A stretch of DNA of 64,000 nt from a candidate division FCPU426 bacterium (GCA_963796105.1 CAWCKJ010000002.1:224001-288000); one strand, 5' to 3'. Shown: positions 40,255 to 50,232, counted from the first letter of the stretch. The notes: a model not told the origin generated them from the letters alone. Numbers and translations are program-made.

Positions 40255-41044
40255 TATTAAGTAATGCGGTTACTTCCGCGACGATTTTTTCGGGGTCGGC
40301 AGGTTTGCTTAAAAACCTCACGTTCGGGAGAAAAGCGGCCTGGGACCTTAACTCCTCCGTGATCTTTCCCGAGAAGATCAACACAGGTTTTTTTGACAAA
40401 AGCTGGTTGCCTTTTAGGAGATTGAGGAAAGTCAAACCATCCATCCCGGGCATTTCCAGGTCCGTCACGATCAAATCCACTTTTTTTTGGGCCATTTCCG
40501 AGATGGCCTGGCGTCCTTCCTCGGCCTCACGGATCACATCCTCCGGAAAAGCCTTTTCCAGGGTCCTGCGGATGATGCCCCTTAAAGTGGGGGAGTCCTC
40601 GATGACCAGGATTTGACGGCGGGCCTTGGCGGACTTTCGAGTCGTTTCTGATTCCCGGAGGGACTCGCGATTTGAGGATAAAAACCTCATGATGTTGCTC
40701 GCTTGGGCGCCCCGGTCCCTCTTGGAAACGATGGCGCGTAATTTCATATCCGGGGTCGGAACATTTTCCGATCCATCAAGGGTTGTATTGCAAAAAATGA
40801 CGGGTAAGGAAGCGGATATTAATTTCGCCCGGAGAAGAGAGGCATTTTCCCAACCCGGAAAGGGCCAATCCATCAAGACCAAATGGGGGTTTCCTTTTTC
40901 CAAATGGTCCAGCGCTTCCCCGATAGAGGAAGCCGCCAGAACCTCCAGGTTCATGAAGGACAGCCATAGGGAAGAAAGCTCCCGGGAGCGGTAATCAGGG
41001 TCCATCAGCAGGATTTTTTTCAACGCGACAGCGGATTTTTCCAT
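40250..41044 (-). CDS. Double-receiver response regulator (degenerate REC plus intact CheY-like REC)
   Basis: C-terminal REC: VIEDS...TDLEMPGMDG...SKP; N-terminal REC-like LLMDPD...LMDW. Confidence 0.8.
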   Translation of the reverse strand: MEKSAVALKKILLMDPDYRSRELSSLWLSFMNLEVLAASSIGEALDHLEKGNPHLVLMDWPFPGWENASLLRAKLISASLPVIFCNTTLDGSENVPTPDMKLRAIVSKRDRGAQASNIMRFLSSNRESLRESETTRKSAKARRQILVIEDSPTLRGIIRRTLEKAFPEDVIREAEEGRQAISEMAQKKVDLIVTDLEMPGMDGLTFLNLLKGNQLLSKKPVLIFSGKITEELRSQAAFLPNVRFLSKPADPEKIVAEVTALLNT

Positions 41045-41050
41045 GGTTGT

Positions 41051-41434
41051 TTACTCCGCCAAGGCCAGGACTTTTTCAATCACTTCCTCGAGCATCTTGG
41101 GCTGGAAGGGTTTTCGGATGATTTCCTTGACCCCCCTTTGGATCAGGGAATGCAGGACCGCCTGGTCGCCCTCGGAGCTCACCACCACGACGGGAAGGAC
41201 CGCCAGCATGGGTTCCAGGGCCATCTGATCGATCATTTCCACGCCCGTCATGTCGGGCATGTTCAAATCCGCCAGAACCAGGTCCACCCAATGGGCCTTC
41301 ATCTGCTGGAGCCCCTCCCTTCCGTTAGCGGCCTCTAAAATATCCCCCAAGGGAATGCTGGTGGACTGCAGGGTGCGCTTGATATAGCCCCTCATCGTCG
41401 CAGAATCATCCACGATTAATATGCTGATAGACAT
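41051..41434 (-). CDS. cheY: CheY-like single-domain response regulator
   Basis: ILIVDDS, ADLNMPDMTG, RKPF; GGAGGAG RBS before ATG 41434. Confidence 0.85.
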   Translation of the reverse strand: MSISILIVDDSATMRGYIKRTLQSTSIPLGDILEAANGREGLQQMKAHWVDLVLADLNMPDMTGVEMIDQMALEPMLAVLPVVVVSSEGDQAVLHSLIQRGVKEIIRKPFQPKMLEEVIEKVLALAE

Positions 41435-41457
41435 TTTCTCCTCCTTGAAAATACAAA

Positions 41458-41500
41458 TCACCACAGGTTCTTTCAGAACCACAAAGACACAGTTAGGAAA
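41458..41500 (+). repeat. Dispersed intergenic repeat, copy 2
   Basis: TCACCACAGGTTCTTTCAGAACCACAAAGACACAGTTAGGAA. Confidence 0.7.
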
Positions 41501-41598
41501 AACACAATATTTTATGGGCTTAAACTCAAGCTCAATATGCTTTGGCGCATTGCGCCACAGTCTTAAATAAATTTATTTGTATCCAGTTCCCTTAAAAA

Positions 41599-43206
41599 TT
41601 AATTCGTGCGGACTTTGGCCAGCTCCTGAGGGGGGCTTAAGACTTTTCCGACAGGGGAAACCCTGGCTTCTCTTCTGCCGAACCATCCGGCCCAGGTAGT
41701 CCTCGGGGGCGCTGGGGGGGAGGGAGGACTCATGGGCATCAACGGCTTTACTTCCGCCGGGACGGCTGGTTGACCGGCATTTTGCCCGCCTTCCACGATG
41801 GCCACCAACTGGGTCACCACCCCCTTCAAACCCGAGGCTTGGCGCGCCATATCCTGGCTGGCGTCGGCGGTCTGTTTGGCGTTGGCGTTGTTGTCCTGGG
41901 TCACGGCTTCCAGCTTGTCCATCATGGTCCCGATTTCCTTGATGGCCTTGGATTGCTCCTGGCTGGTGGACTGGATTTCCGTCAGGAAGCCCGCCACCTT
42001 CTGCGTGTTTTCCATCATTTCCCTCAGGGCCGCGCCGGCGGAGTCGGCCACAGCCATGCCCGAGGAGGCGTGCTTGGCGTTGTCCTCGATGAGTTCGGCT
42101 GTTTCCTTGGCGGCTTGGGAGCTCCTCTGGGCCAAACCCCTGACTTCCTCCGCCACGACCGCGAAGCCTTTCCCGTGCTCGCCAGCCCTGGCGGCCTCCA
42201 CCGAGGCGTTCAGGGAGAGGATGTTGGTCTGCTGGGCGATTTCCTCGATGGATTTCACGATCTTATGGACCTTTTCCGCGCTGTCGTTGACGGAGCGCAT
42301 GGCGGCCAGGGTGTCCTGCATCGAGCGGTTCGATTTGGCCATGGTCACGAGGGTGTCGTCCATCAAGCGGTTGGCCTGGACAGCGCCCTCCGCGCTCTTG
42401 ACCGTTCGGGAGGACATTTCCGAGAGGGCAACGCTGGTCTGGAGCAGGCTGTTGGTGGAATCCACTGCGCCCTTGGCCTGGCGGGAGCTGGCGTGGGCGA
42501 CTTTCTCGGAGACCGTCCCGACCTGGCCCGCGCTACCCACCAGCTCGGCCGCGATGGACTGAAACCTCCGGCTGATGCCCAGGGCCACCAGCAGGCTCAT
42601 GCCCAATCCCAGCAGGAGGCTGGCCCCCGCCAGGATCAGCATGAAGACAAAGGCGATCTGGCAGTCCCTCAGGGCCTTGGCGACGATCATTTCCGACCTT
42701 TTCCACTTCAAGGCGATGAGCTTGTCCATCTGTTCCACGATGGGGTCCACCACGGGGTAAAGGTTGCTGCTCTCGAGCATTTCCAGGGACTTGGCGTCCC
42801 TTTTCTCGAAGGCCTCGCGCACCTGCATCAGGAAAAGCTTGTTGTTGCTTAGGGCGGCGTTCACCACCGCCACGGGGATTTTCTCATCCTCGCTGACATC
42901 CTTGAGGGCCATATAAGCGCTCCAGTTCTCCTGGGCCGTCTTGATGGACTCCTCCAACTGGTCCCGGCCCATCTCCCAGCCTTGGCCCGCGCGGGTCTTT
43001 TCAACCGCCCCCGCGATGCCCACGGCGTAGGCGTCCGAGATTTTCTTGAGGTTGTTCAGGGGATGGCTGCTGTCATAGACCAGCTGGAGGTTGTCCGACA
43101 TGTTCGTGGCCACCTCCAATCCCACCACCGCCTCAACGATGAGCGCGGCCGCGAGGATGGCCGCGGACAGGAACAGCTTGTTTTTCAGGTTCAAGTTCTT
43201 GAACAT
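41599..43206 (-). CDS. Methyl-accepting chemotaxis protein (four-helix-bundle sensor)
   Basis: 2 [36 protein letters not shown] hairpin. Confidence 0.93.
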   Translation of the reverse strand: MFKNLNLKNKLFLSAAILAAALIVEAVVGLEVATNMSDNLQLVYDSSHPLNNLKKISDAYAVGIAGAVEKTRAGQGWEMGRDQLEESIKTAQENWSAYMALKDVSEDEKIPVAVVNAALSNNKLFLMQVREAFEKRDAKSLEMLESSNLYPVVDPIVEQMDKLIALKWKRSEMIVAKALRDCQIAFVFMLILAGASLLLGLGMSLLVALGISRRFQSIAAELVGSAGQVGTVSEKVAHASSRQAKGAVDSTNSLLQTSVALSEMSSRTVKSAEGAVQANRLMDDTLVTMAKSNRSMQDTLAAMRSVNDSAEKVHKIVKSIEEIAQQTNILSLNASVEAARAGEHGKGFAVVAEEVRGLAQRSSQAAKETAELIEDNAKHASSGMAVADSAGAALREMMENTQKVAGFLTEIQSTSQEQSKAIKEIGTMMDKLEAVTQDNNANAKQTADASQDMARQASGLKGVVTQLVAIVEGGQNAGQPAVPAEVKPLMPMSPPSPPAPPRTTWAGWFGRREARVSPVGKVLSPPQELAKVRTN

Positions 43207-43215
43207 AATTTCCTC

Positions 43216-43716
43216 CTAAAGTAGTTGTGTGGAATCCCTTTGTTTCAAGCCTTCCACTCCCAAGCCTCCCTCGACCTGGTCCCGAATGAGTCTTTCCATA
43301 TCCAATATTGGGAGTTTCTTTCCAGAACCCGCCCAACCCTTTAAATAGGGAAGATCCAACCCCTCCAATTCGTTTTCCTCCCCCTGGTATTCCGAATCCG
43401 GAACTTTGATAAAACCCATGACCTCATCCACCGCGAAACCGGCCAACATTTCGGAAATTCCAGGTAAATTCATCGTGACGAATCCCCCGGAAGGGGGGTC
43501 CACGGAGATTCCCAGGATTCCCGCCATGTCCAGGACCGGGATGATCTTGCCGTGGAGCTGGGTCACTCCAATGAGATGGCTTTCGTTCAAGGGAACCTCA
43601 GTGAAAGAGGAGGAGACAGCCGCCTCCCAAAGGAAGCGGGACTCGAAGCCGTACTCCTTAGGACCAAGTTTGAAAACCAGGTAGGTTTGGAGCGTTGCCG
43701 GGGCTTCCGCCGTCAT
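43216..43716 (-). CDS. cheW: Chemotaxis adaptor CheW
   Basis: YLVFKLG.KEYG; GV.QLHGKIIPVLD; GFAVDEV. Confidence 0.85.
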   Translation of the reverse strand: MTAEAPATLQTYLVFKLGPKEYGFESRFLWEAAVSSSFTEVPLNESHLIGVTQLHGKIIPVLDMAGILGISVDPPSGGFVTMNLPGISEMLAGFAVDEVMGFIKVPDSEYQGEENELEGLDLPYLKGWAGSGKKLPILDMERLIRDQVEGGLGVEGLKQRDSTQLL

Positions 43717-45740
43717 GAGTCCCCCTTTCCCAGTGAACGGGATAAGGCTTGATCCCTCTCATCGGCCGCGCGGGTTATTTCCCGGGCAAGGTATTGAATG
43801 TCGAGAACCAGCGCCACCCGTCCATCGCCCAAGATGGCCCCGCCGTTGATGCCCTTCAATTTCCCCAGGATAGGGTTCAAGCCCTTGAGCACGATTTCCC
43901 TTTTGCCAAGGATTTCATCCGCCATGAGGAGGATCTGTCCTTTGTCCGTCTCCAATTGGATTCCGACCAAATTATTAGATCTTTCCGACCTGCTGCCGAA
44001 CCATTCAGCCAGGTTTATTTTCCTGGGGAAGCCGGGCAGGTTCCGGTTGAAAGCCGAGTCCCCGCCGGCCAGGAGCGAGAACTTTTGGATTTGGCTGAGG
44101 GGAATGATGTAAAGGCCCGTGCCCACCCGTATCAAAAGACCGTCCAAAAGGGCGAGGGTGAGGGGGATGCGCATGATGAACAGGCAGCCCTCGTCCGGCA
44201 CCGTGGCGACCTCCACCCAGCCCTTCAGGGCCTGCAGGCGGCGCCGGACCAGGTCCAGGCCGATTCCCCGGCCCGAGACGTTTGAGGCCTTTTCCAAGGT
44301 GGAAAAACCGGGCCGGAAGATCATCTCCTGGCACTCATCCAGTTCCAATTCCTTTCCTTCCTCCAGCCAGCCCAAGGCCCTTGCCTTCTTCTCGATCTTC
44401 CGGGCGTCCAACCCCCGGCCGTCGTCCCTGATGGAAAGGATGAAATGACCCTCCTGGTGCCAAGCCTTGACCCAGAGGCCCCCCTGGCTGTTCTTCCCTT
44501 TTTTGGCCCTTTCCCCCGCGCTTTCCAAACCGTGGTCCACGGCGTTCCGTACCAGGTGCAGAACCGGCTCCCAGAGCTCATCCACCAGCCTCTTATCGAG
44601 GCTTGTATTCGCGCCCTCCAACTCAAGCCGGACCGTTTTTCCGGTCTTTTGGGAAAGGTCCCTCGCCACGCGGCCAATGCGGGAGAAAAGGGGCTGGATA
44701 GGGACCATCCGGAGGGAAACCACCTGGTCCTGAAGCTTTCGGGCGATTTTTCCCATCCGCTCGATGGTCCCGCTCAAGGGAAAATATTCCGGTGAATCCT
44801 GGGCCATCATTTGGATGCGCGTCTGGTAGGTGATCCATTCCTCCAGGGTCTCCATAAGTTCGTCCATTTTCCCGGTGTCGATGCGGATAATTTTTTCCTC
44901 TTCCTCAGGGGTGTCGGCGGGGACGGGAACCGCCGCTTGCGGGACAACGGCAGGGGCATTCCCAGGAACGGTATTGCCAAACAGGGGAGGGATGGGGCAG
45001 ATTTCGATTTGGCCTTGGGCCAGGCCCTCCCTGATGCGGTTTGTTTGGAGCCGGAATAGGTCCAACGCTTTTAAAAGCAGTTCCACCTCAGGGCCGGAGG
45101 GTTTATCCCCCGATTTTTTATAGGGTTCCAGGAGGGTTTCCGCCTGGTGGGAAAGGTCTCCCAGGCCCGGGAAGCCCAAATACCCAAAAAGGCTCTTGAG
45201 GGTGTGAAAGGGCCGGTAGATTTTAAGGATGTCCCAGTTTTCCTTCCCCCCCGCGTGAAGCAGGCCTTCCTCAATGGCGGAATAATGGGAGGGAGCCTCC
45301 TGGAGAAAATCCCGCAAGCCCGGAAGGTCCTCTTCCTTCACCTTGAGGAAACCCGGGGCTTCCAACTCGGGAATGTTTTTTTGCGTCTTGGACTCTGGGT
45401 CAAAGACCAGCACCTCCGTGCCGGGAACGGGCATACCCGCTTTCTCGGCCTCGCGGGCCAACTGCTTGTCCGCGTCCAGGAGGGCCTTGAGAATCCGTTC
45501 CCAGCCCTGGTTGACGGGACGGCCGGCTTTCAAGCCCTTGATCACCTGGTTGGCCTGGAGAAGGAATGAGGTGGTCCAGGGACCGTAGGATTTTTTGGCC
45601 TCCTGGGCCCAAAGCTGGAGGTACTCCGCCAGCCGGAGGACGTTCGGGAAATCATTGGGCGGTGTTTTGACCGCCAAATAGGATATCTGGGAGAGTTGTT
45701 CCCTGGAGCCGGCTTTAGGCGCGGCGGCTGGCTGGTCCAT
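43713..45740 (-). CDS. cheA: Chemotaxis histidine kinase CheA
   Basis: P1 RPFHTLKS; HLVRNAVDHGLE; DDGRGLD; GFST..SGRGIGLD; GGAILGDG; ATG 45740 assumed. Confidence 0.92.
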   Translation of the reverse strand: MDQPAAAPKAGSREQLSQISYLAVKTPPNDFPNVLRLAEYLQLWAQEAKKSYGPWTTSFLLQANQVIKGLKAGRPVNQGWERILKALLDADKQLAREAEKAGMPVPGTEVLVFDPESKTQKNIPELEAPGFLKVKEEDLPGLRDFLQEAPSHYSAIEEGLLHAGGKENWDILKIYRPFHTLKSLFGYLGFPGLGDLSHQAETLLEPYKKSGDKPSGPEVELLLKALDLFRLQTNRIREGLAQGQIEICPIPPLFGNTVPGNAPAVVPQAAVPVPADTPEEEEKIIRIDTGKMDELMETLEEWITYQTRIQMMAQDSPEYFPLSGTIERMGKIARKLQDQVVSLRMVPIQPLFSRIGRVARDLSQKTGKTVRLELEGANTSLDKRLVDELWEPVLHLVRNAVDHGLESAGERAKKGKNSQGGLWVKAWHQEGHFILSIRDDGRGLDARKIEKKARALGWLEEGKELELDECQEMIFRPGFSTLEKASNVSGRGIGLDLVRRRLQALKGWVEVATVPDEGCLFIMRIPLTLALLDGLLIRVGTGLYIIPLSQIQKFSLLAGGDSAFNRNLPGFPRKINLAEWFGSRSERSNNLVGIQLETDKGQILLMADEILGKREIVLKGLNPILGKLKGINGGAILGDGRVALVLDIQYLAREITRAADERDQALSRSLGKGDS

Positions 45741-45741
45741 T

Positions 45742-46251
45742 TCACTGGGCCTTTTCAAGGGAGGCGGGGACAGGGTGGATCCAAAGTTTGACGTCCAGGA
45801 CGATGGACTCGACCGCCACCGTCATGCGGGCCTCCGGGAACCTGGCAGGCACTTGGACTTCCCTGGCGGGCACGGGAAGGAAATGCCGGAAAGCCACTTT
45901 GTCGGAGGCCCGTATTTTGTTCATGATATGCCCGCAGAACATGTTGGAAAACTCGTTGAAGGCGTCCTCGGGGCTCGTGGGAGTGTCCTCCAAAAGGGCC
46001 TCCGCCAGGACCCTGCCCAGGGCTGTCGTGGTCCTTAACATCACCAACCCCTCGTATTGGCCTGTCAGGCTCACGCAACGGATGAGGTCAAAAGCCGATT
46101 CCCTCGGACTTTCCTTCACCAATTGCACGAATACCCTGGGCCAGAACCAAAGGATATTCTCCAGGGCGTCATAAAGGTCTGCGGTGGTGGGAACATGGAT
46201 GTCCTTCGGCGGCTCCGCGCCCATCAAATCCTGGCCGTATAAACTGTCCAT
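45742..46251 (-). CDS. CheX/CheC-like phosphatase
   Basis: SLTGQYEG; EDAFNEFSNMFCG (ExxN motif); first gene of the che cluster. Confidence 0.7.
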   Translation of the reverse strand: MDSLYGQDLMGAEPPKDIHVPTTADLYDALENILWFWPRVFVQLVKESPRESAFDLIRCVSLTGQYEGLVMLRTTTALGRVLAEALLEDTPTSPEDAFNEFSNMFCGHIMNKIRASDKVAFRHFLPVPAREVQVPARFPEARMTVAVESIVLDVKLWIHPVPASLEKAQ

Positions 46252-46393
46252 GAGCGCTCCCTGTCAAACGGTTTGAATGAATTGGGAATGAAATTAAAGC
46301 GGAACCGGGGGAAGGCAATGTTTTATCCATGAAATTTCCAAGTTAATTACTTTTTCCGAAGTAAAGAGCGTGAAAATAAGAAAAAACCGTTAA

Positions 46394-48289
46394 ATGAACC
46401 GTAACAGAAACGATACCTTGGCTTTCGCTGGAATTAACAAGGGTTCCTGTATGCTCCTACTCGTGAATTCAACGGAAACCTTTTTGCAACCACCCACCCA
46501 GCCTGTTTTCAGACTTCCGGGAGGCGAAGGGCTGGCCCGGCCTTTTTTCAACATCATCGAGAATCTTTTAGGCCTGACCAGACTGGAGTATGTTCACCGA
46601 TGTCTTCAGGGAGTTCCGTTTAACCCGGAGCAAGCTTTGAAGGTGCTGGGTGTTTCCTGGCAGGCGGATGAGCAGGACTTGAAGGGCATTCCCCCTTCAG
46701 GTCCCTTGATCGTGACCGCCAATCATCCCTTCGGGGGCCTGGAAGGGATCGTTCTCTTGGCGCTTCTCAAGACCCGCCGCAAGGACGTGAAGATCCTGGC
46801 CAATTCGCTCCTTTCCCGGGTCCCGGAACTTCGGGATGATTTTATTTTCGTGAACGTTTTCGGCGGGGAAGAAGCGAGGCTCCTCAACCAGCGGCCCTTA
46901 CGGGAGGCCCTGCGCTGGCTAAGAGGCGGGGGAGTCCTGGCGGCTTTTCCGGCGGGTGAGGTCTCGAGTTTTGATTTGGGAAAAGGCCGGGTGGCGGACC
47001 CGCCTTGGAGCAATACCATCGGCCGTCTTTTGAGATTATCGGGCGCCCCGGCTCTTCCCGTGTTTTTCCACGGCCAAAACGGTTTCGGTTTCCACGCGGC
47101 GGGACTTGTCCATCCCCGCCTGAGGACCGCCCTTCTTCCCTTGGAGATTCTCAACAAGAAAGGGAAGGTAGTACTGGTGGAAGTAGGCAGCCCAGTCGCG
47201 GCTTCCCGGCTGGCGCGTCTGGGTTCCGAGGATGAAATGACCGAATACCTGCGGTACCGGACTTACCTGTTAAAAGCCCGCAAAGCCAAAACCAAAATCC
47301 TTCCATTCCCATTGTTGAACTTGAAAGCCCCCAAGCCTCCCTTGGCCTCACCATTGCCCAACGCCCTTTTGGAGGATGAAATCAGCAGACTGCCGGAGGG
47401 AAGGCGGCTGGCCTTTTCCGGGGAATTGGAAGCTTATCTGGCCCTGGCTCCGGAGATTCCGGGAGTGTTAAGGGAGGTGGGACGGCTAAGGGAAGTCACC
47501 TTCCGGGCCTGCGGAGAAGGGACGGGAAAGCCCTTGGACCTGGATTCTTTCGACGGGAGGTACCAGCATTTGGTCCTGTGGAACAAAGCCGCTAAGGAGG
47601 TGGTGGGAGGATACCGGATGGCAGGCACCGACAGGATCCTGCCGAGTTGGGGGACCTCGGGACTCTACACCTCCACCCTCTTCAAGTACCGGCCTGAATT
47701 CTTCCAAGCACTCAAGCCCGCCCTGGAACTTGGACGTTCCTTTATCAGGCCGGAATACCAGCGTGAGTACGCCCCTTTGTTTCTTTTGTGGAAGGGTTTG
47801 GGAGCCTTCGTGGCGGAGAACAACCGCTACCGATACCTGTTCGGGGTAGTGAGCATGAGCGACGATTACCGGCCCCTCTCCAAGGAAGTCCTGATGAGGC
47901 ACCTCATCAGGCACAAATTCCGGGCCGAATTATCCGCTATGGCGCTTCCCCGTAATCCCTACCGGGGCCTGCCTTTAAAGGACCATGAATGGGAGGCAAG
48001 GGCGGAATGGGACGAGGGGCTTGAGGAGGTTTCGGATTGGGTGGAGGATGTGGAGCGGGGAAGGGGAGTGCCGGTTCTCCTTCGGCAATACCTGAAGCTG
48101 GGGGCCGAGTTCCTGGGCTTCAACGTGGATCCCCGGTTCGCCCATGTCCTGGACGGGCTGTTGGTGGTGGATTTGACGAAGACTGATTCCAAGGCTCTGG
48201 ATAAATACCTGGGCAGGGATGGGGCCAGGTCCTTCCTGGCTTTTCATGGGATGTCTTCCCCCGCCGCCCAAGAGCTGGCCGTGGGATGA
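46394..48289 (+). CDS. Bifunctional acyltransferase (PlsC-like plus GNAT), OlsF-like ornithine-lipid synthase
   Basis: ANHPFGGLEG, FPAGEVS; C-domain EVGRLREVTFR..GEGTG...LELGRSF...PVLLRQYLKLG; true start probably further downstream. Confidence 0.82.
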   Translation: MNRNRNDTLAFAGINKGSCMLLLVNSTETFLQPPTQPVFRLPGGEGLARPFFNIIENLLGLTRLEYVHRCLQGVPFNPEQALKVLGVSWQADEQDLKGIPPSGPLIVTANHPFGGLEGIVLLALLKTRRKDVKILANSLLSRVPELRDDFIFVNVFGGEEARLLNQRPLREALRWLRGGGVLAAFPAGEVSSFDLGKGRVADPPWSNTIGRLLRLSGAPALPVFFHGQNGFGFHAAGLVHPRLRTALLPLEILNKKGKVVLVEVGSPVAASRLARLGSEDEMTEYLRYRTYLLKARKAKTKILPFPLLNLKAPKPPLASPLPNALLEDEISRLPEGRRLAFSGELEAYLALAPEIPGVLREVGRLREVTFRACGEGTGKPLDLDSFDGRYQHLVLWNKAAKEVVGGYRMAGTDRILPSWGTSGLYTSTLFKYRPEFFQALKPALELGRSFIRPEYQREYAPLFLLWKGLGAFVAENNRYRYLFGVVSMSDDYRPLSKEVLMRHLIRHKFRAELSAMALPRNPYRGLPLKDHEWEARAEWDEGLEEVSDWVEDVERGRGVPVLLRQYLKLGAEFLGFNVDPRFAHVLDGLLVVDLTKTDSKALDKYLGRDGARSFLAFHGMSSPAAQELAVG

Positions 48290-48344
48290 TGATGCGGGAA
48301 AAAACGAAAGAGGATTTTCAAACTTTAAAGCGAATGGAGAATTT

Positions 48345-48812
48345 ATGCCCCTGAAAGCTAAGCCGATACCGGATGGATACCATAACGCCACTCCCTACCT
48401 GATCGTCCGAAAGGCGGCGGAAGCCATCGAGTTTTACAAGAACGCTTTCGGCGCCAGGGAAAGGTTCCGGATTCCCGGACCCAACGGCCTGGTCATGCAT
48501 TCGGAAATCATCATCGGGGACTCCATCTTCATGATCGCGGATGAGTTCGGGGAAATGAGCATCCGCAGTCCCCAGGCCCTCAAGGGAACCTCCGTCAGCT
48601 TCATGCTCTACGTGGAGAACGTGGATAAAATATTCGAGCAGGCCCTGGAGGCCGGGGGCGTCGAGACCCGGCCGGTGAAGGACCATTTTTACGGCGACCG
48701 GGCCGGAAACCTGGTGGATCCCTTCGGCCACAAGTGGACCATTGCCACCCATATCGAGGATGTTACGCCCGAGGAAATGGAAGAACGAATGAAGGCGGAA
48801 CACACGCCCTAA
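48345..48812 (+). CDS. VOC/glyoxalase (PhnB-like) protein
   Basis: PIPDGYH..TPYL...AIEFYK.AFGA; FYGDR.G...DPFGHKW. Confidence 0.9.
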   Translation: MPLKAKPIPDGYHNATPYLIVRKAAEAIEFYKNAFGARERFRIPGPNGLVMHSEIIIGDSIFMIADEFGEMSIRSPQALKGTSVSFMLYVENVDKIFEQALEAGGVETRPVKDHFYGDRAGNLVDPFGHKWTIATHIEDVTPEEMEERMKAEHTP

Positions 48813-48958
48813 GGTTCGCTTGTAACATTCCCGCTACCTGTGGTAGCCCCCCGAAAAACACGATGACAGACTTCGGCATGAGGTCCATCACTCTCTTGAA
48901 TATGAGCAAATAACCGCTATTGTGGAAAGGCAGTTATTTCAAAGCGAGGGAGACAAAA

Positions 48959-49213
48959 GTGTTTATCAAAATCACGAATGTCGAGGATGAAAAGGAAGTG
49001 GTGCTGAATATCGATCAAATCCAGTATATCGTTCCAAAGGGTGCGAAGAAAGCCAGGGTGATTACCGGCAACCCGAACTACAAGCTGGTGGTGTCGGAAA
49101 AGGACAAGCTTTTGATCTACAGCAAGATCGGGATCAGGCACGTCCCTGCCGCGAAAAAGCCCGCGCCGAAACCCGCCGAGAGCGAGGAGAAGGTCCACAA
49201 GGCAGCGGAATAA
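48959..49213 (+). CDS. Small hypothetical protein, possibly FlbD-like
   Basis: GGGAG RBS plus GTG; FIKIT...VVLNIDQI resembles the FlbD N-terminus. Confidence 0.5.
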   Translation: MFIKITNVEDEKEVVLNIDQIQYIVPKGAKKARVITGNPNYKLVVSEKDKLLIYSKIGIRHVPAAKKPAPKPAESEEKVHKAAE

Positions 49214-49237
49214 ATTTTGAAATAAAAAAATTCAATT

Positions 49238-49323
49238 TCACCACAGGTTCCTACGGAACCATAGCAGGCTCAGTAAGGAAAAAAATTATTATTAGAAAAA
49301 TTTTAATTGTGTCTTTGTGAGTT
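49238..49323 (+). repeat. Dispersed intergenic repeat, copy 3, with inverted partner TGTGTCTTTGTG
   Basis: TCACCACAGGTTCCTACGGAACCATAGCAGGCTCAGTAAGGAA; downstream reverse complement of CACAAAGACACA. Confidence 0.6.
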
Positions 49324-49379
49324 GCCAAAGGCAGCTTTTGTTTTAAAGCCTTTTTATTATAAGCTTTTAGAATAAGTAC

Positions 49380-49421
49380 ATCAGGGTGAGGAATGGGGTG
49401 AATCCTCACCCTGATTTTTTT
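49380..49421 (+). terminator. Intrinsic terminator
   Basis: 13-bp stem ATCAGGGTGAGGA/TCCTCACCCTGAT plus T-tract. Confidence 0.7.
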
Positions 49422-49455
49422 GCCCGCGGATGGAAGCCCTTGGGGTTCCCGGTTT

Positions 49456-50232
49456 TTATTTTTGGGCTACCAACAGGTGGCGATTCAGGCTGTAAAAGTA
49501 GCTTTTTCTTCTAGCTTGGACCTTCAAATCTGCCAGGAAGCGAGACAGGTCTTTCTTGGACACCCTATATTTCTTATGCCCTAACCCCACTTCCAGCGAC
49601 CGGCTTAATTTATAACCAACCAGGTTGGGCTTGTACTCGGTATTGGTCAAAACGCAGGTTTCCAGGCTTATTTTCCTAAAAAATTTCTTCTGGTTTACCC
49701 ATCCCCATAATTTCCGACCCATCCAGCCCTCGGCATGGGCCATCCATTTCTGCTTGGTATCGCAATAGGCGTGGACCAAATTGCGTTCCAAATCCTTGTA
49801 ACTGCTGTTCCAGGCCTGGGTGTCCCAATCGGTGTGACCCATAATCATGCGGCCGGCAGGTTTTAGCACCCGGTAAATTTCGCTCAGAAGCATCAACCGT
49901 TTGGATTCATTCAGGCATTCCAGTAAATCCAGGGAAAAAACAGCGTTGATCGAGGCGGATTTGAATGGCAGGGGATGGGACGCGTCAAATTCCATCAGTT
50001 CCACTCTTTTATTGCGAATCTCCCCGCGGAGATTATTCGACGCGGTGCTCAACGCTTTTCTTGAAACGTCCAGGCCGTAAACCTTTTTGACCCTGGACGA
50101 ACCACAGATGATTTTAATTTCATTCCCATGACCGCAACCGATATCCAATAAAACTTCCCCTTGTTTTGGAGCCAGAAGGCCCACGAAGAATTTGAAATAT
50201 TTTTGATCGTCGGGTGAATGGATATCCTTCAT
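49456..50232 (-). CDS. Class I SAM-dependent methyltransferase (UbiE-like)
   Basis: LLDIGCGHG; EIYRVLKPAG; TDWDT. Confidence 0.85.
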   Translation of the reverse strand: MKDIHSPDDQKYFKFFVGLLAPKQGEVLLDIGCGHGNEIKIICGSSRVKKVYGLDVSRKALSTASNNLRGEIRNKRVELMEFDASHPLPFKSASINAVFSLDLLECLNESKRLMLLSEIYRVLKPAGRMIMGHTDWDTQAWNSSYKDLERNLVHAYCDTKQKWMAHAEGWMGRKLWGWVNQKKFFRKISLETCVLTNTEYKPNLVGYKLSRSLEVGLGHKKYRVSKKDLSRFLADLKVQARRKSYFYSLNRHLLVAQK

